Shown: positions 48,132 through 58,373 of the stretch, one piece after another
How positions within the stretch are numbered: position 1 is the stretch's first letter
Layout: each line of letters opens with the position of its first letter
Source of the DNA: Spirochaetota bacterium
Lineage (GTDB): Bacteria; Spirochaetota; UBA4802; JAGODF01
Direction: 5' to 3'
Assembly: GCA_026419015.1 (NCBI GenBank)
Contig: JAOAAF010000001.1
Coordinates: forward strand, 28,283-92,282
Length of the DNA: 64,000 bases
Notes under the pieces: model-generated
What the model saw: only the letters and a program-made list of their open reading frames with translations
Database searches by the model: none
Told to the model about the DNA's origin: nothing
Translations under genes and position numbers: made by a program

Positions 48132-48596
48132 ATGAAAGTGTTTGAGGGAAAATTAGATGCATCGGGATTGAAGTTTGCGATTGTGCTTTCAAGATTCAAT
48201 GAATTTATTACAAGCAGGCTTTTAAATGGTGCGATTGACTGTCTTACGCGGCACAATGCGCGAGAAGAAGATATTACCGTGGCATGGGTACCCGGCTCTT
48301 TTGAAATTCCTGCGATGACTCGAAAACTTGTGGATATGAAAAAGTTCGATGCCGTTATTTGCCTCGGTGCCGTGATTCGCGGTGCAACGCCACATTTCGA
48401 CTATGTTGCTGCAGAAGTTTCAAAAGGGATTGCCCAGATTAGCATTTCTTCACCGGTGCCTGTGATTTATGGTGTTCTCACGACCGATACGATTGAACAA
48501 GCGGTAGAACGAGCAGGCACAAAAGTGGGCAATAAAGGTTTTGACGCAGCGCTTGCAGCAATTGAGATGGCGAACTTATATCGACAGTTAACCTAA
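48132..48596 (+). CDS. ribH: 6,7-dimethyl-8-ribityllumazine synthase
   Basis: [31 protein letters not shown]. Confidence 0.98.
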   Translation: MKVFEGKLDASGLKFAIVLSRFNEFITSRLLNGAIDCLTRHNAREEDITVAWVPGSFEIPAMTRKLVDMKKFDAVICLGAVIRGATPHFDYVAAEVSKGIAQISISSPVPVIYGVLTTDTIEQAVERAGTKVGNKGFDAALAAIEMANLYRQLT

Positions 48597-48599
48597 AGT

Positions 48600-49016
48600 A
48601 TGGGACATAGAAGAAAAGCGAGGGAATACGCTCTCCAGGCACTCTATATGTACGATACCGTGCAAAAAAGTGTGGATGAACTTGTGGAACTCTCATGGGT
48701 GGAAGCGCCTATGAGCGAGGAGATAAAGAATTTTGCTATTTCACTTATTCGAAATACAATTGCAAATATCGACACGATTGATGGCTATATTAAAAAGCAT
48801 TCAAAGAATTGGAGCTTTGAGAGAATCACCGCAGTGGACAAAGCGATCCTTCGCATCAGCATTTGCGAATTGATGTGCTATCCCGATATTCCACCTGCAG
48901 TGACGATCAACGAAGGCATAGAGCTTGGGAAAATATATGGGGGCGAAAATTCAGGACAATTCATAAATGGGATTTTGGATGCGGTTCGCCGCGAAGAAAT
49001 AAAAAAGGAAGGATAG
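48600..49016 (+). CDS. nusB: Transcription antitermination factor NusB
   Basis: RRKAREYALQALY, DKAILR, INEGIELGK, FINGILD; follows ribH. Confidence 0.97.
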   Translation: MGHRRKAREYALQALYMYDTVQKSVDELVELSWVEAPMSEEIKNFAISLIRNTIANIDTIDGYIKKHSKNWSFERITAVDKAILRISICELMCYPDIPPAVTINEGIELGKIYGGENSGQFINGILDAVRREEIKKEG

Positions 49017-49023
49017 CAAGCAC

Positions 49024-51078
49024 GTGAATCCCTTTAAAAAAAATCGATTAACGCTTACCCAGGAAAATAAAGAAACTTCACCGCTGCATTCTGAAGAACC
49101 AGATAAAAAAGTGCGGATCAGTTCAATTGAGCCCGATGCATCCGAATCGAAAAATTTTCTAAAAGCCAAAAGCACATTTATTATCTCTGCGGTACTGGTT
49201 ATAATTGTATTGGGAGGGGTATTCTTCATTACTAAATTGTATCAACGTCCAACAGGATTTTTACAACCCCATGCGGAGAAAAGTTTGCACGATGCAGAAA
49301 AACGCCTGTTACCCGATGTGATTTCGGAAAATATTCATCTGCGCCGTGGAAAAGAAAGTTATTTTAAGGGATATTTCAACGATGCAATAGCAGAATTCAA
49401 GGAAGTAATTGAATCTTCTGCGTCGGATGCAGAAAAAGCAGTAGCGCTCACGTATATTGGCATCATTTCCGATGAACAGGGGAAAACTGATGAAGCAATA
49501 GAATATTATCGGCGCGCATTGCGCTTCAACGGTTCAGATCCTCTTATTTACCGAAATCTTGCAATTGCCTATCGACGCAAACAGGATTACGCTGCGGCGA
49601 AAGATGCAATTGAGCGGGCCATAAGCCTCGATCCACAGAACACAGGCAATAGAGTACTCTATGGCAATATTCTTTTTGAACAGCGCGATTACGCGGGTGC
49701 AAAAAAAATGTATCAGGAGGCATTGGAGCGCGATCCGGAAAATCCCTCTGCATTGTACAATCTTGGGATTGTTCTTTTAAAAAGCGGCGATAAGGTTTCG
49801 GGGATGGAATATCTAAAAAAAGCGGGAGAAGCTGACAAAATTGGAAAAGTTGCTCATATGTCGTATTCGAAGCTCGGCGTGCTGTATTCTTCAATGATGG
49901 ATTACAATTCTGCAGAAAAGTATTTGAAGATGGCAATTGCAGTAAACCCGACTGATCCGATCGATCGCTACAATATGGGGCTTGTCTATTTGAAAAAAAA
50001 CGATAAAGAGAAGGCCCTTGCGGAATTTTTAAAAGCGCAGGAACTGACACGAAACGATGCGCGCGTGCTTGAAGGATTGGGGGAGGCGTACTTTACGCTG
50101 AAAGAGTACGACAAAAGCCTTGAGATATATCATAAGCTTTCCGAGACTCTCAACCGCGATGCGAGGATTCTGTCCCGCATTGCAGAAATATATTACGAAA
50201 AGGGCGATTTGGGGAATGCATACGAATATTACAAAAAAATTACCATCATGGAACCAGCATCGGAAAATGCTCGAATTGCATATCTCAATATGGGCAATAT
50301 TATGGATGATGCGGGGCGCTATGAGGAAGCAATTGAAAGCTATAAAAAAGCATTGCTCATTTCCCCGAAAGATGATGCTGCATTGTACAACTTGGGTATT
50401 GCCTACAGACATGCTGGGAAGGTAGAACTTGCGTTGGAAGTATGGAAGAAGGCTGCTGACCTTAATCCCGAAAATCCGCGCCCTCTTTTGGCCATTGCTG
50501 ATTTTTATTACGAAAAGAAATATTTCGATCTTGCAATGGATGAGTATCAGAAAATACTTCGCCGATGGCCAAACATACAGGAAGCCCATTTTAATTTAGG
50601 CGCTGTGTATTATCATACCAATCAGCTCGATTATGCAATTGGCGAATATAAAAAGGTTCTCGAAATTAATGACCGCAATGATCTGGCACGGAAAGCGTTG
50701 GTGAATTTAGCAATTCTCACGTCGAAAAAGTCTGTCGATGAAAAGGGGATGGATGAAGCACTGCAGTATGCGCAAAAAGCATTGCTTTTAAAAGCAAATG
50801 ATCCAGAAGCGCTTTTCTCGTTGGGTGTCGTGTATTATCGGCGCGAAATGATCGATAAGGCAATCGATGTGATGTATCAGGTGGTGCGAGCGTCAAAAGA
50901 TGCAAAGAAAATTGCCGATGCGTACAATTACATTGGCATGGGCTATTTCAAAAAAGGAAGTTATCGAAAAGCGCTCCAGGCATTCAACCGCGGTGTTGAG
51001 GAAGATCCCTCCAACGAGGAATTGCGCGTAAACAGAAAAACTGCCGCCGATGCGTATGAACGCTCCCTTGGTGAATGA
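49024..51078 (+). CDS. Membrane-anchored multi-TPR protein
   Basis: One TM followed by many 34-aa TPR repeats (ALYNLG...A...DP). Confidence 0.9.
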   Translation: MNPFKKNRLTLTQENKETSPLHSEEPDKKVRISSIEPDASESKNFLKAKSTFIISAVLVIIVLGGVFFITKLYQRPTGFLQPHAEKSLHDAEKRLLPDVISENIHLRRGKESYFKGYFNDAIAEFKEVIESSASDAEKAVALTYIGIISDEQGKTDEAIEYYRRALRFNGSDPLIYRNLAIAYRRKQDYAAAKDAIERAISLDPQNTGNRVLYGNILFEQRDYAGAKKMYQEALERDPENPSALYNLGIVLLKSGDKVSGMEYLKKAGEADKIGKVAHMSYSKLGVLYSSMMDYNSAEKYLKMAIAVNPTDPIDRYNMGLVYLKKNDKEKALAEFLKAQELTRNDARVLEGLGEAYFTLKEYDKSLEIYHKLSETLNRDARILSRIAEIYYEKGDLGNAYEYYKKITIMEPASENARIAYLNMGNIMDDAGRYEEAIESYKKALLISPKDDAALYNLGIAYRHAGKVELALEVWKKAADLNPENPRPLLAIADFYYEKKYFDLAMDEYQKILRRWPNIQEAHFNLGAVYYHTNQLDYAIGEYKKVLEINDRNDLARKALVNLAILTSKKSVDEKGMDEALQYAQKALLLKANDPEALFSLGVVYYRREMIDKAIDVMYQVVRASKDAKKIADAYNYIGMGYFKKGSYRKALQAFNRGVEEDPSNEELRVNRKTAADAYERSLGE

Positions 51079-52250
51079 TGATGGAGTGTGGAAAAAAAAT
51101 CGATAGAGATTACCTTCACCAGTGCGAAGATGAACTTCTTTCGCCACTTGCAAGCCGTTCAAAATTTACGAAGGGAAGGCAATATCCCGAACAGCCACAT
51201 CCCTATCGCGCGGAGTTTCAACGCGATCGGGAGCGAATCATCCATTCGCGCGCATTTCGGAGATTGGAGTACAAGACACAGGTGTTTGTAAACCATGAGG
51301 GAGATCATTACCGCACAAGGCTTACGCACACGATCGAAGTGGCACAAATTGCGCGCTCAATTGCGCGCGCGCTTCGTTTGAACGAAGATTTAGCGGAAAG
51401 CATCGCACTTGCGCACGACTTAGGACATACTCCATTTGGGCATACCGGTGAAAATGTGTTAAACGATCTTTTGAAAGATGAAGGTGGATTTGAGCATAAT
51501 CGTCAAAGCCTGCGGGTAGTGGAAGTGCTTGAGGAACGATATTTGGAATTTCCTGGCCTTAATTTAACATGGGAAACTCGAGAAGGGATTATAAAACATT
51601 CATCGGCGTATGATCATCCTGAGGTACTTGAATTTGAACCAAAGGAAATGCCATCGTTGGAAGCACAGATAATTGATTATGCCGACGAGATTGCGTACAA
51701 CAATCACGATCTCGACGATGGCCTCTCCTCAGGAATGTTAAATTTAGAGCAAGTCTCTTCGCTTACAATATGGGAGAGGGCAATGCAAATTTCTGGCATC
51801 AAGGCGATTTGCCAGGATGAAAAAAAGCTCGCAGTGAGCAAAATAATTCGCACGATCATCAATATGCTCGTCACGGATTTAATTCACACAACGGCTGAAA
51901 CTGTTGGGGAAATGGGGCTTTTGGATTATCGCGATGTGCGCACTTGTGGGAGGCGAGTTGTTGGCTTTAGCGATGAAATCGCAGCAATGAACAACGAGCT
52001 TAAAGATTTTTTGCGCACGCATCTGTATCGCCACTATCGCGTGGTGAGGATGGGCATCAAAGCAGAAAAAGTGTTGCGAGAACTTTTTGAGATATACGTT
52101 GAATATCCCGAAGCGCTACCGGTAGATTATCAACGCCGAATAGGCAATGAAAGCCTTAAGCGGATCATTGCGGATTACATAGCAGGGATGACCGATCGCT
52201 ATGCAATGGAAGAACATCAGCGGCTTACCGATCCTATGATGCGTTCATAA
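51075..52250 (+). CDS. dgt: Deoxyguanosinetriphosphate triphosphohydrolase
   Basis: FRRLEYKTQV, RTRLTH, AHDLGHTPFGH, HDLDD, DYIAGMTD. Confidence 0.95.
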   Translation: MMMECGKKIDRDYLHQCEDELLSPLASRSKFTKGRQYPEQPHPYRAEFQRDRERIIHSRAFRRLEYKTQVFVNHEGDHYRTRLTHTIEVAQIARSIARALRLNEDLAESIALAHDLGHTPFGHTGENVLNDLLKDEGGFEHNRQSLRVVEVLEERYLEFPGLNLTWETREGIIKHSSAYDHPEVLEFEPKEMPSLEAQIIDYADEIAYNNHDLDDGLSSGMLNLEQVSSLTIWERAMQISGIKAICQDEKKLAVSKIIRTIINMLVTDLIHTTAETVGEMGLLDYRDVRTCGRRVVGFSDEIAAMNNELKDFLRTHLYRHYRVVRMGIKAEKVLRELFEIYVEYPEALPVDYQRRIGNESLKRIIADYIAGMTDRYAMEEHQRLTDPMMRS

Positions 52251-52266
52251 CGATTGAGGACTGCAT

Positions 52267-52773
52267 ATGGATGGACAATATCCTGAAATACCAGAAGAAA
52301 TTAAAAAGCTGATTGAGTCGGGCGAAAAGATCGATGAGATTCGGCTCGATGCTGAAGGGAATTGGTTTCACAATGGCATTATGTTTACCAATGAAAGAAT
52401 AATCGATTTTTTTAACAAATCCATTAACAAAACAAAGGATGGGCAATACGTGCTTCACTACGGCAATTTTGTTTATCCAATTGTCGTTGAGGATGTTCCT
52501 TTTTTTATTACTGGTGTTCGCTTCGAGGGATTTGGACCATTTGAATCGGTCTACATCACAATAAAATCCAGAGGAGAAGAGTTGTTAGATCCTGAAACCC
52601 TTTATGTCGGGTCACAGAATGCATTATATTGTCGAATATATAACGGAGAGTTTCCCGCAAAATTTTTGCATTCCCCATCGTTTCAAATTTTAGATCGCCT
52701 TGAAGAAACAGACGATGTGTTTTATGTTCACATTGGTGGGAAAAGAATTATTCTTAAAGAAAAGTGCGATTAA
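52267..52773 (+). CDS. DUF1285-like protein
   Basis: IRLDAEGNWFHNG and IVVEDVPF motifs. Confidence 0.7.
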   Translation: MDGQYPEIPEEIKKLIESGEKIDEIRLDAEGNWFHNGIMFTNERIIDFFNKSINKTKDGQYVLHYGNFVYPIVVEDVPFFITGVRFEGFGPFESVYITIKSRGEELLDPETLYVGSQNALYCRIYNGEFPAKFLHSPSFQILDRLEETDDVFYVHIGGKRIILKEKCD

Positions 52774-54272
52774 TTTTTTTCTTCGATTTGGCTTTTTTCT
52801 TCGTGCGATTCAATCGGAAGAGGTTCCTTGTGTGAATTTGCTCGCACAATAGTGATGCCAGTATAGCCATAAAAAAGCGAAATGATTGGCGTGATGATGT
52901 TCAAAAACGCAAACGGCAAATACAAAATGGTTGGAACCCCGAGCGATGATGCCATAAAAGAGCCGCAGGTATTCCACGGGACAAGCGGAGAAGTGAGCGT
53001 GCCGCTATCTTCTAACGCCCGAGAAAGATTTTTACGATGTAACCCTTTTCCATCATAGATCTCTCGGTACATCCGCCCTGTGAGCACAATGGAAAGATAT
53101 TGGTCAGCCATAAGAAAGTTTGCCACAAAACACGTTCCCAGCGTTAAAGCGATGATATTCCCCGTGCTTTTTACCTTTTTTAAAATTGCCTGTGCGATGG
53201 AATGGAGCATGCCGCTTGCTTCCATGGCACCGGCGAAAAACATTGCAGAGAGAATGAGCCAGATGGTTGGGAGCATCGTTGCCATCCCACCTTTCGAGAG
53301 CAGTTCATCAACATCACGGCAGCCGGTGTGGGCCTTGTAGCCAAGCGTTGCTGTTTTCATGGTCACGCTGAAACTATGGCGTAAAGTGGCAAGCATGCTT
53401 TTGTCCGATGGATGGATGAAAAAATTGGGCTGAAAAATATACGCAAAGAGCAATCCAGTAATGATGCCAATCATGATTGCAGGGATTGCAGGAATTTTTC
53501 GTACCATCGCAAAAATTGTGATCGCGGGTGGGATGAGAAGATATAGCGATGTGTTGAAGTGCGATTGAATAATTTGAACAATTGCTTCGATGCGAGAAGA
53601 GTTGTTGTGTGGTGCCAATTGACCCATTCCGAGAAGAAAGAAGATAACCAGGGTGATGAGGAGTGCGGGTGTTGTGGTGTACACCATATGGCGGATATGT
53701 TCAAAAAGGCCGCATTCGGCCATTGAGGGTGCAAGATTTGTCGTCTCGGAAAAGGGGGACATCTTATCGCCAAAGTATGCACCCGAAACAATTGCGCCTG
53801 CTGTCATTGCTGAATTGATACCCGCTGCATTGCCAATGCCGATGAGGGCTACACCAATGGTGCCAGCAGTTGACCACGAGCTACCAGTTGCAAAAGAGAC
53901 AAGGCAGGTGATAAGGCAGGTAGCAAAAAGAAAGAGTTTCGGGTTGAGAATTTTCAAACCCAATACGATGATGGTTGGAACTACTCCCGCTAAAATCCAC
54001 ACTGAAATGAGCGTTCCAATTAACAGGAGAATAATGATTGCTTGAATGACATTGCTTGTTGTTGCAATGATGTTTTTTTCGATTGCATCCCATGAACATC
54101 CCCGCATCAGAGCAATCAATGCCGCGAAAAATCCACTTATGATGAGAGAAATTTGAGCGGCACCTTGTATGATTTCAGTGCGAAAAATGATCACGCTTAT
54201 GGATAACAATACGATGAGAACCATCGCGGGAATAATTGAGAGCCATAATGGTGTTGTAGAATTATTGGTCAT
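52770..54272 (-). CDS. nhaC: Na+/H+ antiporter NhaC family
   Basis: TGSSWSTAGTIG, SGAYFGDKMSP, LSRALEDSGT...PWN. Confidence 0.93.
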   Translation of the reverse strand: MTNNSTTPLWLSIIPAMVLIVLLSISVIIFRTEIIQGAAQISLIISGFFAALIALMRGCSWDAIEKNIIATTSNVIQAIIILLLIGTLISVWILAGVVPTIIVLGLKILNPKLFLFATCLITCLVSFATGSSWSTAGTIGVALIGIGNAAGINSAMTAGAIVSGAYFGDKMSPFSETTNLAPSMAECGLFEHIRHMVYTTTPALLITLVIFFLLGMGQLAPHNNSSRIEAIVQIIQSHFNTSLYLLIPPAITIFAMVRKIPAIPAIMIGIITGLLFAYIFQPNFFIHPSDKSMLATLRHSFSVTMKTATLGYKAHTGCRDVDELLSKGGMATMLPTIWLILSAMFFAGAMEASGMLHSIAQAILKKVKSTGNIIALTLGTCFVANFLMADQYLSIVLTGRMYREIYDGKGLHRKNLSRALEDSGTLTSPLVPWNTCGSFMASSLGVPTILYLPFAFLNIITPIISLFYGYTGITIVRANSHKEPLPIESHEEKSQIEEKN

Positions 54273-54348
54273 TTGAATGAGTCCCTTTTTCTCATAGTTG
54301 AATTTATATTATTATATTGTGCTGTGGTTTTCATGTATGCGTTTACCA

Positions 54349-56337
54349 TTACATCATTTCGTACGGATCAATATCGATTTCAAGGTACACATCGTTGCTA
54401 GAAATTACATGGCGGCAGGTATGTATTACCTGTCGTGTGCGTTCCATATCTGAGCACTTAATGATTAGATGCCACCGGTAGTTGTTAGCAATTTTTAAGA
54501 TAGGTGCTGGGGATGGGCCAAGTATATCTGCAGGTACATTGCGCTTGCGGGCTTCTTCGCGAACCTTTGCAGCTAGTTGTGTAATAGATTCGTTTACTTT
54601 CTTTTCATCTTTCCCGCGCATAAGCAAGCGCACAATGCGTGAAAATGGAGGATATCGCAACTCCTTACGCGTGGCAAGTTCATGCCGATAAAATCCATCG
54701 TAATCGTGGCGTTTGAGATATTCGAAAATGGGGTGATTGATATTTAAGGTTTGAATAATTACTTTACCGGGCTTTTCGCGTCGCCCCGATCGACCTGCCA
54801 CCTGCATCAGAAGCGAAAAAGTTCTTTCCGTTGCGCGAAAATCGGGCATATTGATTCCGATATCTGCAAGTAGGACCCCAACGAGCGAAACGCGCGGGAA
54901 ATCGTATCCCTTCGCCACCATTTGTGTCCCTAAGAGCACATCGATTGAACCATCGCGCATTTTTTCAAGCAATTCAAACGAAGTGCGTTTTTTTCTTCTC
55001 GTATCTTGATCGAGCCTGAATACCCGAAGGCGAGGGATTTGTAACGGCAATATGTCTTCGATGCGCTGAGTTCCGCTTCCTACTTTTTTTATTTCCTGTG
55101 CACCGCAACTTGAGCACCTTTCGGAATACGGCTTTGAAAATCCACAGTAGTGGCAAAGCAGCATGTTATTTCGATGGAACGTAAGGCTTATGCTGCAATG
55201 TGGGCACGTTTCTGCTTTGTGGCAATTCTGACACATTACAATAGGAGAAAACCCACGCCGATTTAACAACAAAATTGCCTGCTCATTTTTTTCCTGTATT
55301 TTTTTTAGCCCAATTTTTAGCTCATTTGATAACATATGTTCTTTTGGAAGCGTTGATGAAATATCGATAATTTCGATTGAGGGAAGCGTTGCATTGCCGT
55401 ATCGTTTGACCATTTTGTGCAATGCGAATATCCCGCGTTCTGCGGCATAAAGGCTTTCAACAGAAGGGGTGGCTGAACCGAGAACGAGGAGCGCATTTTC
55501 ATTTTTTGCGCGATTGAGTGCCACGCGGCGCGCATTGTATCGCGGCGTGCTATGTTCTTTATAGGAAACATCGTGTTCTTCGTCTATAATAATCATCCCA
55601 AGGCGGGGACATTGCATAAAGATTGCCGAACGCGTTCCTACCGCAATCTTTGATTCACCGCGGTAGAATTTTAGCCAACTGTATAGGCGCTGTGGTGGGG
55701 TAAGACCGCTATGGTACAGTACCATCTCATCGCCGAAGTGATCGTATAACCGTTCGTAAATTTGCGATGAGAGCGAGATTTCAGGAACGCAATAGATAAC
55801 TGAAAATCCCTTCTGAATAAGCGCGCGCGCAAGGGCAATGTAAAGTTCGGTTTTCCCGCTTCCGGTAATGCCGTATACCAAATGCAATAAAGATTTTTTG
55901 TCTTTGCCTTCAAGGATTTTTTGGAAAATCGTTTGCTGTTCATCAGAAAGGATTACAGAATCTTTCGAGGGGTTGGGAAGTGGATTTTTAAATCTGCGCG
56001 ATGGCGTTTTCGCCGATGGCAGCATCATCGCGAACGCTTCGCCGGGGCTACAAAGATAATCGTGCGAGATGGACATGGCTAATTGGTATAACCGCTCGTC
56101 GAATATTGGTTCGTTATCGATGAGTTTTGAAATCTCTTTTATTTTTGTTTCTTCGACGTTTTCGGGTTTGTTTTTGTGAATGCCGATGACAAATCCCATC
56201 ATCGTTCTGTTATTAAAATTGACTTCAACGCGACAGAATTGCTTTACCGGCATATTTTTGGGGATACGATAGGTAAAAGAGTGCTCAAGAGGAACGTTCA
56301 CATAAACTTCGGCAAAGCAGTTTTCCTGTCCAGACAT
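54349..56337 (-). CDS. priA: Primosomal protein N'
   Basis: GITGSGKTELY, DEEHD, LNRRGF, four CxxC, GTQMVAKG, QVAGRSGR. Confidence 0.97.
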   Translation of the reverse strand: MSGQENCFAEVYVNVPLEHSFTYRIPKNMPVKQFCRVEVNFNNRTMMGFVIGIHKNKPENVEETKIKEISKLIDNEPIFDERLYQLAMSISHDYLCSPGEAFAMMLPSAKTPSRRFKNPLPNPSKDSVILSDEQQTIFQKILEGKDKKSLLHLVYGITGSGKTELYIALARALIQKGFSVIYCVPEISLSSQIYERLYDHFGDEMVLYHSGLTPPQRLYSWLKFYRGESKIAVGTRSAIFMQCPRLGMIIIDEEHDVSYKEHSTPRYNARRVALNRAKNENALLVLGSATPSVESLYAAERGIFALHKMVKRYGNATLPSIEIIDISSTLPKEHMLSNELKIGLKKIQEKNEQAILLLNRRGFSPIVMCQNCHKAETCPHCSISLTFHRNNMLLCHYCGFSKPYSERCSSCGAQEIKKVGSGTQRIEDILPLQIPRLRVFRLDQDTRRKKRTSFELLEKMRDGSIDVLLGTQMVAKGYDFPRVSLVGVLLADIGINMPDFRATERTFSLLMQVAGRSGRREKPGKVIIQTLNINHPIFEYLKRHDYDGFYRHELATRKELRYPPFSRIVRLLMRGKDEKKVNESITQLAAKVREEARKRNVPADILGPSPAPILKIANNYRWHLIIKCSDMERTRQVIHTCRHVISSNDVYLEIDIDPYEMM

Positions 56338-56990
56338 TAACGCGCACCCTTTATGCTTTCGATATGTTTTTTTACTTCTTTAAGGGTGATCCATGCGCCT
56401 TTTTTTAACTCCACATTTTTCAAAATTGTTATAGGATGTTCAATATTGAACCACTTTGTGTTTTTTGAGGAATCGATAAATTTTTTTAATGGCACAATGT
56501 GTCCCATTACAATAACCGTATGAGGGGAAATTCTTTTAAATTCTTCTTCGAGAAATGGCGCACAGTTTTTATACATTGAACTTGGTTTGACATCAACATC
56601 GGGATCGCATTTTATTATATTGGTAATATAGCATTTTTCTGCTTCTAAATGAATAGCACCGAGCATTTTTTTTGTTAAATCCACTGCTTCGCTTTTAAGC
56701 ATACGCTTTTCTTCTGGGGTAATCAATCGCGGAGCGTTGAGAATCACCATCACTCCGTTTTCACCTGTCCCAAAACTTCTTTTTTTTCCAAGAGCGTTTC
56801 CACAACGAGTGCAAGAAGCAATTTCTGCAGCCAAGTTTTTTGCGCGAGGAGGATTGCAGGCAGACGGTTCAGTGCCATGAATCCATCTGGTGAGAAATTC
56901 TAATTCTTGTTGATTTTTATGAAGAATTATTCTCCCCCGCAATTGGTGATACTTTAAGTACTGTAGAATTTCATTGAAAATTTCGTTCAT
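56337..56990 (-). CDS. Family-4 uracil-DNA glycosylase-like protein (degenerate active site)
   Basis: CTRC, YITNIIKC, NCAPFL and HP retained; GE(A/G)PG replaced by LNAPR. Confidence 0.75.
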   Translation of the reverse strand: MNEIFNEILQYLKYHQLRGRIILHKNQQELEFLTRWIHGTEPSACNPPRAKNLAAEIASCTRCGNALGKKRSFGTGENGVMVILNAPRLITPEEKRMLKSEAVDLTKKMLGAIHLEAEKCYITNIIKCDPDVDVKPSSMYKNCAPFLEEEFKRISPHTVIVMGHIVPLKKFIDSSKNTKWFNIEHPITILKNVELKKGAWITLKEVKKHIESIKGAR

Positions 56991-57020
56991 AGGAAAAAAT
57001 ATTACGAAAAATTGCGACAA

Positions 57021-58373
57021 CTATAAGTTGTCGATATTAATATTGTATTGTTTAATTTTTCGGTAAAGATTTGTTCGCTCAATGCCCATTTCTTGAGCTG
57101 TTTGTGAAACGTTTTTGTTATTTCGCCGAAGTGCATTGATAATGAATTCTCGCTCGAATTGTTCTTTTGCTTTTTTATACGAAGAGATTTGTGCTGGATT
57201 AATATCTACATCTTCGGTTTCGAGGTGTTCGCGTATGTCAGATACATCAATTGTCTCCGAAGGGATCATAATGCAGAGCCGTTCAACGATATTTTTCAGT
57301 TCGCGCACATTTCCGGGCCACGGATACTCCATGAGCAGTTTCATCCCTTCTGGGGTTATTTCTTTTGAGCCCGTGCCGTGCTCTTTGCTAAATTTGTCGA
57401 GAAAGTAATTAACCAAAAGAGGAATATCTTCTCGGCGTTCAGTCAGTTCTGGAACATGGATGGGTATGACGTTGAGGCGAAAATATAAATCTTCTCGAAA
57501 TTTTTCTTCTTCAATTGCACGCTTCACATTTGCATTTGTTGCCGAAATGACGCGTACATCAACTGTAATTGTTTCATTACCGCCGACTCGTTCGAATTGT
57601 TGTTCTTGCAACACGCGAAGCACTTTGGCTTGTGCGCTTGCGCTCATATCGCAAATTTCATCTAAAAAAATAGTGCCGCGGTTTGCGATCTCAAATTTTC
57701 CAAGCTTGCGGTTTATTGCGCCGGTAAAAGAACCTTTTTCGTGACCAAAAAGTTCGCTTTCGATGAGTTCATCGGGAATTGCGGCGCAATTCACTTTAAT
57801 AAATGGTCTATCGGCGCGAAGCGATTTTCGGTGAATTGCTTTTGCAACGAGTTCTTTGCCGGTACCATTCGCGCCAGTAATAAATACCCGTGCATTTGTC
57901 GCGGCAGCTCTGTCGATGATGGCACGAATTTCTTGGATTGCTTTTGATTGGCCAATCATTTCATCATCGTGCACAAGATTTTTCATAAGGCGAATGTTTT
58001 CTTTTTTAAGACGGATTTGTTCGAGCGCATTGTTGACCGAAGTGATTATGCGTTCCATGGAAGGAGGTTTTTCAATAAAATCAAATGCTCCCATCTTGGT
58101 AGCTTTCACCGCAATGTCGATTGAGCCATGTCCTGATATCATGAGGATAGCAATATCGGGATTAGTTTTTTTAACGCGCTCTAAGATTCCAATGCCATCA
58201 ATATCGGGAAGCCAGACATCCAAGATAATAAGGTCGACATCGTTTTTCCTTACAAAATTCAACGCTTCTTCGCCTGTTGAGGCAGAATAGACAATGTGTT
58301 CCTCATCTTGCAATATTGCGCTGATTGTCGTGATAATATTTTTTTCATCATCAACTATGAGAATTTTTGCCAT
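57021..58373 (-). CDS. ntrX: Sigma54-type response regulator, NtrX-like
   Basis: Receiver (LDVWLP, ISGHG), GANGTGKE, ESELFGHEKGSFTGA, WPGNVREL, Fis HTH; downstream of an NtrY-like kinase. Confidence 0.85.
   Translation of the reverse strand: MAKILIVDDEKNIITTISAILQDEEHIVYSASTGEEALNFVRKNDVDLIILDVWLPDIDGIGILERVKKTNPDIAILMISGHGSIDIAVKATKMGAFDFIEKPPSMERIITSVNNALEQIRLKKENIRLMKNLVHDDEMIGQSKAIQEIRAIIDRAAATNARVFITGANGTGKELVAKAIHRKSLRADRPFIKVNCAAIPDELIESELFGHEKGSFTGAINRKLGKFEIANRGTIFLDEICDMSASAQAKVLRVLQEQQFERVGGNETITVDVRVISATNANVKRAIEEEKFREDLYFRLNVIPIHVPELTERREDIPLLVNYFLDKFSKEHGTGSKEITPEGMKLLMEYPWPGNVRELKNIVERLCIMIPSETIDVSDIREHLETEDVDINPAQISSYKKAKEQFEREFIINALRRNNKNVSQTAQEMGIERTNLYRKIKQYNINIDNL

Noticed and set aside
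51075..52250. dGTPase as an antiphage defence gene
   Set aside because: Sits in the housekeeping ribH-nusB-TPR operon, not a defence island
52770..52773. Convergent genes sharing TTAA stops (also the glyA/acpS overlap)
   Set aside because: Common in compact AT-rich genomes
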